In this document: positions 56,350 to 63,788 of the stretch, one piece after another
Layout of the letters: each line of letters opens with the position of its first letter
Numbering within the stretch: position 1 is the first letter of the stretch
Virus record (IMG/VR): IMGVR_UViG_3300041411_000129
Location: 124,001 to 188,000 of that record
Length of the DNA: 64,000 bases
Strand: one strand, 5' to 3'
The notes under the pieces: model-generated
What the model saw: the letters and a program-made list of their open reading frames with translations, nothing else
The model's database searches: none
What the model was told of the DNA's origin: nothing
Position numbers and translations under genes: made by a program

Positions 56350-56703
56350 ATGCTCGATATCATCTTCACTATCCCTGTAGCAATCGTGTTCATGCTCATC
56401 ACTCTGATGGCTGGTTACGTCATTGGCAAACTGAAAGAAGACGAACGCTGGGAAGAAGTCGCTATGGCTTTCTGCACTATGGGTGACTGGGGTCTCAAGA
56501 CTCACTTCACTCGCCGTCTGATGCTTTTGCTGAACATCGTCATCTCCATCATCTGGATCTACTACATCGACACTCCAGTCTTCGTAGCGTTCTGCATGAC
56601 TATCATCGTAGCTTCCCACATCGCAGCCTACATCCTGAACACTCGTTGCGGTATTCCATACCCAGACAAAGATGCAGTGAAAGTGATGTTCCTTAAGAAG
56701 TAA
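56350..56703 (+). CDS. Multi-TM membrane protein
   Basis: GGAGG RBS; 3 hydrophobic segments. Confidence 0.75.
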   Translation: MLDIIFTIPVAIVFMLITLMAGYVIGKLKEDERWEEVAMAFCTMGDWGLKTHFTRRLMLLLNIVISIIWIYYIDTPVFVAFCMTIIVASHIAAYILNTRCGIPYPDKDAVKVMFLKK

Positions 56704-56713
56704 GTAACGATAT

Positions 56714-56756
56714 GTGAGGGTGGCCCAGCCACCCTCATTGTTAATCTTTTTTTTTT
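56714..56756 (+). terminator. Intrinsic terminator
   Basis: TGAGGGTGG-CCCAG-CCACCCTCA, then a T-rich tract ending in T10. Confidence 0.75.
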
Positions 56757-56770
56757 GGTCGAGGTGTGGG

Positions 56771-57817
56771 ATGCCTAGTAAAAGCAAGAAGCAATATGAT
56801 CTCATGAAGATCGCTTCGTATAACAAAGAGTTTGCCGAGAAACGCCACATCGATCAGGATGCTGCGCGTGAATGGCATAAGGCTGATAAGGAGATGGAGA
56901 AGAAGGATAAAGACTTCTACAAGAACCTCCCCGATCATGCTGAAGATAAGAAAAAGAAGAAGCCTGCTAAGAAGCGTACCAGTCAGCGCCGTAAGCGCGA
57001 GAAGGGTGAAGCTCATGAGAAGGCTGGCGATGCTTCGATGGAAGGTGTCGTATCGTCTATCTTGGATCTCTTTCGATCCAGCCAGACTATCGATGACATT
57101 CCAGACGCTGTTAGTGATAGCGTCATCCAAAAGCTTTCCGCCGATCCAAATGCATTGGCCGGGATGGAACTGCGCACTGGTCCTGTCGATGTACGTGGGG
57201 TCAATACTCACTTCCTGCTGAAGACCTGGTCGAACAACTGGCTATCGGATGTTGAGGCTCACGCCAAGGCAATCGATGCGTTCTACAAGAAGTTCATTCC
57301 TGCGCGTGCTGCGTACGGTAATGCGCTGAAGAAGATCTACGATCAGTGCGAGAAGATGTCTCCTAGTGAAGCGCTGGCTTACGCCAAGCCTCGCGTCAAC
57401 ATGGAGAAGATCAAACTCGGTCGTATGGACCTCCCTGACCTGAAGAACTTCGCGGTTGATTTCAAACGCGATGGTCATGGCTACAAGCTTACCCTCGGTA
57501 CTCCGGGTAAAGGTCCTGATTCGATGGAAGCCCTCAGCGAAGGCGCTATCCGTAAAGTCGTATCCATCCTCGGCATTCTCCTTCGCGGTTACGACTACGA
57601 AGATGAAGACGACTACGGTTGGTATCTTGACGATACGGACGAAGCCAAGTTCTGGATGCGTAACTTCCCGGATGAAGATGAAATCACCGGTGAGTTGCTC
57701 AGCCTGTTCCCGTGCGCTGGCGACTGGTACGAGTTTGCTTATGATGACGTTCTCGACATGGCGATCGAGAAGATGTACCTTGGTCTGAAAGGCCTGGTCA
57801 TGAAGTCCATCAAGTAA
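56771..57817 (+). CDS. Putative virion protein with a basic N-terminal propeptide
   Basis: [12 protein letters not shown]...KEFAEK N-domain, Lys-rich linker, then an ASMEG S-x-E processing-type site; GAGG RBS. Confidence 0.7.
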   Translation: MPSKSKKQYDLMKIASYNKEFAEKRHIDQDAAREWHKADKEMEKKDKDFYKNLPDHAEDKKKKKPAKKRTSQRRKREKGEAHEKAGDASMEGVVSSILDLFRSSQTIDDIPDAVSDSVIQKLSADPNALAGMELRTGPVDVRGVNTHFLLKTWSNNWLSDVEAHAKAIDAFYKKFIPARAAYGNALKKIYDQCEKMSPSEALAYAKPRVNMEKIKLGRMDLPDLKNFAVDFKRDGHGYKLTLGTPGKGPDSMEALSEGAIRKVVSILGILLRGYDYEDEDDYGWYLDDTDEAKFWMRNFPDEDEITGELLSLFPCAGDWYEFAYDDVLDMAIEKMYLGLKGLVMKSIK

Positions 57818-57848
57818 CATAAGGCCCGGCTTCGGCCGGGCTCTATGC
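57818..57848 (+). terminator. Hairpin with CATA/TATGC flanks
   Basis: CATAAGGCCCGGC-TTCG-GCCGGGCTCTATG. Confidence 0.75.
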
Positions 57849-57858
57849 CGTCAACTAA

Positions 57859-57876
57859 TTTACGGTCACACATTAC
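57859..57876 (+). promoter_or_regulatory. Putative early promoter motif (TTTACGGTCACACATTAC)
   Basis: Intergenic, about 40 nt upstream of the AmrZ-like gene. Confidence 0.6.
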
Positions 57877-57917
57877 CCACTCGTCACTTAACCATTAATC
57901 AAGATCGGAGTTACCGC

Positions 57918-58310
57918 ATGAAACCTTTGAAACAAGCAATCTATTCTTCGCGTTCGGCTGATAAGTTCGTAGTTCGTCTTCCAGACGGCATGCGTGAAAA
58001 GATCGCTGATGTTGCTCGTGGTCACCACCGCAGCATGAACTCTGAAATCATCGCACGACTCGAAGCGTCGTTGATGGCTGAAGGGCACATTGATGTGGAA
58101 GAGGGTGAACTGGAAGCATTGCCACCTGAAGGTTGGATGCCGGGTATTGGTCAATTTGTTTATAAGAAAGCCGGTGGTAAGAAAATCTACGGAACCATCA
58201 AAGCAATTTATATCAACGAGCTGGGTGAGATGTCAGCCAAGGTCACTAACGATCTACTGGGCAACTTCACCGAAATGCTGAAGCTCTTACGTCCTGTCAT
58301 CCTGAAGTAA
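57918..58310 (+). CDS. amrZ: AmrZ/AlgZ-like Arc-family ribbon-helix-helix regulator with a replaced C-terminal domain
   Basis: [52 protein letters not shown] closely matches the Pseudomonas AmrZ N-terminal DNA-binding domain; GGAG RBS. Confidence 0.9.
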   Translation: MKPLKQAIYSSRSADKFVVRLPDGMREKIADVARGHHRSMNSEIIARLEASLMAEGHIDVEEGELEALPPEGWMPGIGQFVYKKAGGKKIYGTIKAIYINELGEMSAKVTNDLLGNFTEMLKLLRPVILK

Positions 58311-58363
58311 TTCGTTACTAGATAGACTCATGGTTTGTATTCCCCTATCAAGAGAATCGAACC

Positions 58364-58681
58364 ATGAGTCTTAAAGCCCGCGACTTCTTCAACATCTACT
58401 GGATGCACCCGATCCCAGGTGTGTACATCAGCTTTGAAGAATCCACCGAAGCCGCTGAGCCGCCTGAGCCGAATCAAGTTCCTACGCACAGCGTAGAAGT
58501 TCTGGTCGACGTGTGCGGTATGCAGCGCCAGCTGTCTGGCTCCATGGCGGTATCGTGGAGTGAGGCTGAATTCGCTAAGCACAACTCGGCTGACTTCACG
58601 AACATCGTGAACAACGCCATCAGCGATAAACTCCTCCCGTACGTGAAGATCGTCGGCAGCGTGACTATCGCCAAATTGTAA
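58364..58681 (+). CDS. Hypothetical protein
   Basis: 105 aa; high-expression codon usage; ends at a terminator. Confidence 0.75.
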   Translation: MSLKARDFFNIYWMHPIPGVYISFEESTEAAEPPEPNQVPTHSVEVLVDVCGMQRQLSGSMAVSWSEAEFAKHNSADFTNIVNNAISDKLLPYVKIVGSVTIAKL

Positions 58682-58697
58682 TTGCAGCAAACATGAC

Positions 58698-58733
58698 GCC
58701 CCACTTCGGTGGGGCTTTGTGTTCTTTCTTTTT
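58698..58733 (+). terminator. Intrinsic terminator
   Basis: GCCCCAC-TTCG-GTGGGGC, then a T-rich tract. Confidence 0.75.
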
Positions 58734-58749
58734 ATTAAGGGGCGGCCAA

Positions 58750-59199
58750 ATGTCCACAATCCACGTTAAAGATGTCAAACGCATCAAAGGTCCTAATGTC
58801 GAATCATTAGACCGATTTGTTATCGCAGGTCAGGCTCCTATCAGGGTTACTATCCTACCAGGCCTTGATCTCATCATAGATGGCGACAAAGAACTGTGTG
58901 CGGAAGATGTATCCGGTTTCGTAACCGTTCACTTCAATCGTGACAGTCAAGGAATCGGTATCGGCACTATCTATTTCAGGCTGGAATCTCGTTACTACAG
59001 CTGTCCTGAAACCAAATCCCTGCTGCACGGACCAACACTCTGCAAACTCATCGCAGAGTATCTCCATCGTAACTTCAAGGTGGATATAGGTCTTGGCTAT
59101 CTAGTCGAAGACTGGAAGGTCGGCGGTCGTATCTCCGCCCGTGGTCATTCCGATGGCCGTGGCGACATCCTTTACTATACTGGCAATCGTTGCAAATAG
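58750..59199 (+). CDS. Hypothetical protein
   Basis: ATG 58750 after AAGGGG; 149 aa. Confidence 0.7.
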   Translation: MSTIHVKDVKRIKGPNVESLDRFVIAGQAPIRVTILPGLDLIIDGDKELCAEDVSGFVTVHFNRDSQGIGIGTIYFRLESRYYSCPETKSLLHGPTLCKLIAEYLHRNFKVDIGLGYLVEDWKVGGRISARGHSDGRGDILYYTGNRCK

Positions 59200-59208
59200 G
59201 AGTTGTAC

Positions 59209-60852
59209 ATGTTTCTGAATGAAGTGGATCAAATCCAACACAACCTCTACTCCAAGCTCATGGAACAGGGTTATCTGAAAGGCGACCGGACAGGTGTAGG
59301 CACCCTCATGCTGCCGGGTCTGGTAATGAACTACGATATCAGCGATAAACGTATCCCGCTGCCGTCGACCAAAGAAGTCTTCAACAAGTCGTGGGGCATC
59401 GAGAACCTGATGTTCATCTCGGGTTCCAGCAACATCAAGTTCCTGAAAGACAACAACGTGTCGATCTGGGATAACTGGTTCATGCCAGGCACTGCGGTTT
59501 ACGACGAACCGAAGCGCGTTCCTTACACTCTGGATGAACGCATTCAAGTCGCTGTGGACACGGGTCATCGTCAGGCGATCCTCGATCACGTTACTGCGTT
59601 CAAGCTCAATTCGAAAAGCATCGGCAGTGGCTGCATCGTTGTTCAAGACGAGAACGGCGATCTGGTGGAGTTCTTCAATCTTACTTTCACGTATTACGGT
59701 GAGCTGATTGGATATCTCGATGGTCTCGGAATTCCAACCCATAATGAAAATGGTGGTGGTAAGCCGGTCGGCATTCAGACTCGTCTGAAACGTGTTGCGA
59801 AGAATCAGTCTGCTTGCTGGGAAGCTATCAACGCTATCGTCTTCAACTTCGGTGATGAAGTCGCCGCAGGCGATAAGCCGTACAAGGTCGTTGTCTTCCA
59901 TAACGGCAAGTTTGTTGACGTCGAGATCAGTCAGAAGAAAGTCGCAGCTATTCAGGCTGTGATGGATACCTTTGATATTCCGAAGTATCCTCTGTTGGAA
60001 GCTGATATCGGTCAGGGTAGCTACGGCGTTCAGTGGCGGCGGTGGCAGGATACGCAGATTGTTGACTGCATGTATGACGACGCTACATTCAAGCAGTACG
60101 AAGCTCAGGGCTACACGTTCAAGGGTAATCTGGATTACGGCCCGGATGAAGATCGCATGAAGTGTGTCTTCCATCGCGATATCGACCAGTTGCAGAACTG
60201 CATCGATATGTTGCGCAAGAACCCTGACGATCGCCGCATGATCGTTAACGCATGGAACCCAGGTCGTACATGGCAAGCTGCTTTGCCTCCGTGCCATCTG
60301 TACTTCCAGTTCATCAGCTATCCGAAGACTGCCGGTCAGATCCTCGACGATCTCGAGAAAGCGGGCATGCTGCAAAGCCTGCGTCAAGCGATCTCCGAAG
60401 ATTACGGCACTCACGTAATCGAAACTGTTCAAAGCTTCGAGAAGAAGTACGAAGAAGATGAAGAGTTCTACGGTTACGTGAAGCGTTTCTGTGAGCATGC
60501 GGTAGTAGGCGTTAATCCACGCCTCATATCCACGCTGATGGTAATGCGCTCCAACGACTACGCTCTGGGCATGCCGTTCAACGTAGCGCAGTATGCGGCC
60601 TTGACGCACATGGTTGCACACGTCACCGGCCACGATACTGACCGTCTGATCGTTGTAGGTGGTGATTGCCACCTGTACGTGAATCAGCTGGAAGGTATCA
60701 GCAAACAGTTGGCGCGTACTTCTACGGAAGAGAGTGATCCTCGGTTCATTATCAAACGTAAGATCGCCGAGATTGATGACTTCACTTTCGAAGACTTCAA
60801 AATCGAAGGCTATCTGCCGCAGCCAAACATCCCAATGCCTGTCGCGGTGTAA
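59209..60852 (+). CDS. thyA: Thymidylate synthase with large insertions
   Basis: DRTGVGT, TKEV, IWDNW, YGVQWRRW, DRRMIVNAWNP, ALPPCH (catalytic Cys), RSND..LGMPFN and DCHLY. Confidence 0.95.
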   Translation: MFLNEVDQIQHNLYSKLMEQGYLKGDRTGVGTLMLPGLVMNYDISDKRIPLPSTKEVFNKSWGIENLMFISGSSNIKFLKDNNVSIWDNWFMPGTAVYDEPKRVPYTLDERIQVAVDTGHRQAILDHVTAFKLNSKSIGSGCIVVQDENGDLVEFFNLTFTYYGELIGYLDGLGIPTHNENGGGKPVGIQTRLKRVAKNQSACWEAINAIVFNFGDEVAAGDKPYKVVVFHNGKFVDVEISQKKVAAIQAVMDTFDIPKYPLLEADIGQGSYGVQWRRWQDTQIVDCMYDDATFKQYEAQGYTFKGNLDYGPDEDRMKCVFHRDIDQLQNCIDMLRKNPDDRRMIVNAWNPGRTWQAALPPCHLYFQFISYPKTAGQILDDLEKAGMLQSLRQAISEDYGTHVIETVQSFEKKYEEDEEFYGYVKRFCEHAVVGVNPRLISTLMVMRSNDYALGMPFNVAQYAALTHMVAHVTGHDTDRLIVVGGDCHLYVNQLEGISKQLARTSTEESDPRFIIKRKIAEIDDFTFEDFKIEGYLPQPNIPMPVAV

Positions 60853-60865
60853 TGGAGTAAGGTCC

Positions 60866-61243
60866 ATGATTCGTTATCGTGAGTATTGGCCGGCCTTCTT
60901 CGATATAGCTCGAGAGCCGGTTGTAGGTGAGGTCGAAACGCTCGATGAACTGCTCGAAGTACCTTTCATTAAGGAAAAGGCAGAATGCGCAGGTGATCAA
61001 GTTAAGTTCGCGCTGAGCCTGCATGACACCCACGGTCACTTGATGCGCTGTACAAGTGATGATAAGTGGTGGGTTGTAGCAACGTTCTTCTACGACACCA
61101 AGCCTGAACCTACAGACAAGCTCCCACTCTGGGTAGCGCCTGACGTAGTGCAGGTAGCGCCGTATGTCGAGAAAGAATATCCAGATCCTGTTCCACTGGA
61201 TGATCTCCTCGCAAGCGGCGCCGTCAAGAAGACTGTACGCTGA
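60866..61243 (+). CDS. Hypothetical protein
   Basis: ATG 60866 with GGAG/AAGG RBS; 125 aa. Confidence 0.7.
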   Translation: MIRYREYWPAFFDIAREPVVGEVETLDELLEVPFIKEKAECAGDQVKFALSLHDTHGHLMRCTSDDKWWVVATFFYDTKPEPTDKLPLWVAPDVVQVAPYVEKEYPDPVPLDDLLASGAVKKTVR

Positions 61244-61434
61244 GCGGTAAAGCACCGCATCCTATCGATGACCCTGAGATAAGGTTTAAAGCCAAACTCT
61301 TAGGGTTCACCGATGAAGCTCTCGAATCCATACGCGACTCACAACTGAAAGCTTGTCTAGCATGTCAGCTAGTCGGGAAGAGGAAGTGTGTTCGCGTATG
61401 TCAAGCGATGCGGAATAGGAACGAACTCGAATGA
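61240..61434 (+). CDS. Possible 64-aa Cys-rich protein with a non-ATG start
   Basis: Fills the gap exactly, with 4-nt overlaps at both ends (CTGA, ATGA); CLAC...CVRVC. Confidence 0.4.
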   Translation: MSGKAPHPIDDPEIRFKAKLLGFTDEALESIRDSQLKACLACQLVGKRKCVRVCQAMRNRNELE

Positions 61435-61814
61435 ACCTCCAACCACACCACACCCTTGATGCAATGGCTTTCTATAAGCGGCACAAAGAGCTACATGATC
61501 AAGGCGCACCATCCTTCACCTTCGACTCTATCACTAACTTAGCCCAACCAGGTAAGGTTGTGTATGAGTCACCACTCTTCCAGCCGGAAGCGGTTGTAGA
61601 CGGTCGTTACGAAGCTTATTACAAAGCTGACATCGAACTGTCAGAACGCAGCGCTACATTTATAGCTGCAAATCCAAACGCATCATTCATCGAAACACTC
61701 TTCTTTCTCATTTACGGAGTAACAATCCATGACCAAGCAAACCCCTCAGACGCCAGTGGACACAATCAGCCTGTCGGAGAAATTCCGACTAACCCTTATT
61801 CCAAACTCGACTGA
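61431..61814 (+). CDS. Hypothetical protein
   Basis: 127 aa ORF; the last 86 nt overlap the next gene. Confidence 0.55.
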   Translation: MNLQPHHTLDAMAFYKRHKELHDQGAPSFTFDSITNLAQPGKVVYESPLFQPEAVVDGRYEAYYKADIELSERSATFIAANPNASFIETLFFLIYGVTIHDQANPSDASGHNQPVGEIPTNPYSKLD

Positions 61815-62196
61815 TATCCCAGTCGCTCACGTAGCCAGCATCACCACTATCGAAGAGCTGGACGAAGACCGTACTGAAGTAATCAACACTTATCCAGTAC
61901 AAGCGGCCTTCACCGTCGATCAAATGAAAGACGGCGCCTGGGTTCAACTGCAAGAAGCTGACTTCACTGAAAGCATGTACGCTGAACTGAAGCCGCTGGT
62001 TGAAGCTGAACACAAACGTGGCTGCGAACTCAATGGCACTGCGTTCGATCAACGCATGATCCATGAATACGTTCACGTCCCGATCATCGGTCACCGCAAG
62101 CACGCTGCTGCGCTGCTCGCAAGCCTGAGCGGTAAGACCAAGATCTTCACCGACTCTCCGCTCGAGCAAACTGAATACAAGCAAGGCGATAAGTAA
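61729..62196 (+). CDS. Hypothetical protein
   Basis: 155 aa with GGAG RBS; ends at a hairpin. Confidence 0.75.
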   Translation: MTKQTPQTPVDTISLSEKFRLTLIPNSTDIPVAHVASITTIEELDEDRTEVINTYPVQAAFTVDQMKDGAWVQLQEADFTESMYAELKPLVEAEHKRGCELNGTAFDQRMIHEYVHVPIIGHRKHAAALLASLSGKTKIFTDSPLEQTEYKQGDK

Positions 62197-62214
62197 AGTT
62201 ATCGCAACACAGTG

Positions 62215-62252
62215 CGCCGGGGCTTTCCCCGGCGTAACTATCAACCTTTTTT
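62215..62252 (+). terminator. Intrinsic terminator
   Basis: CGCCGGGG-CTTT-CCCCGGCG, then a T tract. Confidence 0.65.
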
Positions 62253-62292
62253 GCTAACCTTATAGAACCAATTTCTTATCAGGAGTGTCATC

Positions 62293-62502
62293 ATGTTGCG
62301 AGCGTTTCTTTTCTTGGCTATCGGTGTTATTGCAGGCGCAGCTACACAAGTGGTAATCCACAAACACCCCGTTCAACTTAACGGCGCCGCTAAAGCAATG
62401 GCCGACTGCGTTGAGAAGGATAGCATCGGTGTAATCAGTCCTGCCGAACTCAACAACGTTTATAAGCTGTGCTGGAATCACGCGACTTTAACTAAGCGAT
62501 AA
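62293..62502 (+). CDS. Small exported/membrane protein
   Basis: AGGAG RBS; hydrophobic N-terminus; two Cys. Confidence 0.7.
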   Translation: MLRAFLFLAIGVIAGAATQVVIHKHPVQLNGAAKAMADCVEKDSIGVISPAELNNVYKLCWNHATLTKR

Positions 62503-62512
62503 GGATACTTCA

Positions 62513-63124
62513 ATGCGTTACGGACAAGAGCCACAAGTACTTGGGGAATTCCCTATCGATCTGGTTAAGGCTAAGGTCGAGATGTGTTTCGTGCAGTATC
62601 TCCCTATCTTCATCCCAGGTATGCGGAGTATTGAAATCCCCGTTAACCTGGACTGGATTCGCCCACTGGTCAGACAGATCGAATGGGACGCCGCCACTGA
62701 ACATGTTTACGTATCGGTGAAGCACCTATTCGTTACTCCAGACAACATGGGTAATCGCCCTGGCTGGCATTCGGATGGCTTCGGTACAGATGACCTCAAT
62801 TATATCTGGACTGACCACTTCCCAACCGAGTTCTCTATTCAGGACTTCGAGTTGAGTGAAGATCACCATCTGTCGTTGATCGAACTTGAACAGCAGGTTA
62901 AGCCTGAGAGCATCCGCACTTACGGCGAGAACAAACTGGTACGACTGGATAAATACAACATCCATCGTCCGCCAGTGCAGGACAAATCTGGATTCCGTAC
63001 TTTCGTGAAGATCTCGGTCTCCAAAGAACGGTACAACCTGCAAGGCAACGCGCACAATCACCTGATTGATTACGATTGGGAAATGAAACCTCGTGACGCT
63101 GTGCGCAATCCTACTTCGGCATGA
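62513..63124 (+). CDS. Putative 2OG-Fe(II) oxygenase-superfamily protein
   Basis: RPGWHSDG (HxD), distal NIHR (His) and FRTFVKIS (Arg) in the order expected for a double-stranded beta-helix dioxygenase. Confidence 0.65.
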   Translation: MRYGQEPQVLGEFPIDLVKAKVEMCFVQYLPIFIPGMRSIEIPVNLDWIRPLVRQIEWDAATEHVYVSVKHLFVTPDNMGNRPGWHSDGFGTDDLNYIWTDHFPTEFSIQDFELSEDHHLSLIELEQQVKPESIRTYGENKLVRLDKYNIHRPPVQDKSGFRTFVKISVSKERYNLQGNAHNHLIDYDWEMKPRDAVRNPTSA

Positions 63125-63357
63125 GTAAGACAGCTCAACGAAATCGCCAGCTTTACGCCTACGGATACAGAGTCGGACTCGGTAAAGAGAAGTTCGATTG
63201 GACTAGACGTGCGCGTAAGGTGGGGTGGGAAGCATTCGATCGCGGCAAGGCTGCTGGTAAAGCAGAGAAGCTTCGACGCCAACAGCTTAATGCTAATCCA
63301 TGGCTTGACTTCAAACGGTGGGTTAAACGCGTCTTCCGTAACTTGATAAAACGATAA
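63121..63357 (+). CDS. Small basic hypothetical protein
   Basis: ATGA-coupled; 78 aa. Confidence 0.7.
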   Translation: MSKTAQRNRQLYAYGYRVGLGKEKFDWTRRARKVGWEAFDRGKAAGKAEKLRRQQLNANPWLDFKRWVKRVFRNLIKR

Positions 63358-63360
63358 CAG

Positions 63361-63390
63361 CATACAGCCGGGGCAATCCCCGGCTTTGTG
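63361..63390 (+). terminator. Hairpin terminator
   Basis: CATACA-GCCGGGG-CAAT-CCCCGGC-TTTGTG. Confidence 0.65.
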
Positions 63391-63405
63391 TCAGGAGAGT
63401 TCGCA

Positions 63406-63516
63406 ATGACTAAACTGCAAATGGTTCTGGCTGTTCCAGTAGGTATCGCTGTACTGATGGGTATCGGTCATGCTGCTATCTGGATTCATGAAATGATTCG
63501 GGCAGGTTGGCTATGA
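63406..63516 (+). CDS. 36-aa single-TM microprotein (not in the ORF track)
   Basis: AGGAG RBS; MTKLQMVLAVPVGIAVLMGIGHAAIWIHEMIRAGWL; ATGA-coupled to the next ORF. Confidence 0.65.
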   Translation: MTKLQMVLAVPVGIAVLMGIGHAAIWIHEMIRAGWL

Positions 63517-63788
63517 CAGCTGCTACAGAAATCTGGACTAAACCAGAGGACCTAACGGATGCACACAAGGCGCTTAGAGCAGTCATGCGCTGGCGGTGTC
63601 TTGAAGTGCTTCCGGATGGGTGTATGAAAGCTGTCGATGAGATCACCGGCGTTCTGTCCAACTTCACCCCTGCTGTTATTACTCTGCAAGGGTTGGAGAT
63701 TGGCGATGCTATTGAAGTACGGGAAGGAGCTACCCGTAATCTCGATGTGGTTATTCTTTACAAAAGCGGAGTGAAGTATGAGTCTTGA
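63513..63788 (+). CDS. Hypothetical protein
   Basis: ATG 63513 overlaps the upstream stop; 91 aa. Confidence 0.7.
   Translation: MTAATEIWTKPEDLTDAHKALRAVMRWRCLEVLPDGCMKAVDEITGVLSNFTPAVITLQGLEIGDAIEVREGATRNLDVVILYKSGVKYES

Noticed and set aside
59479-60000. Intein or group I intron in thyA
   Set aside because: The frame is continuous, with no C/S...HN-C intein ends and no LAGLIDADG/HNH/GIY-YIG motif seen
59101-60867. 588-aa minus-strand ORF antisense to thyA
   Set aside because: Shadow ORF; the sense strand carries all thymidylate synthase motifs
59209-63124. DNA hypermodification cluster (thyA-like plus oxygenase)
   Set aside because: ThyA keeps the dUMP-specific Asn, and no glycosyltransferase, kinase or dNTPase partner is visible in the window
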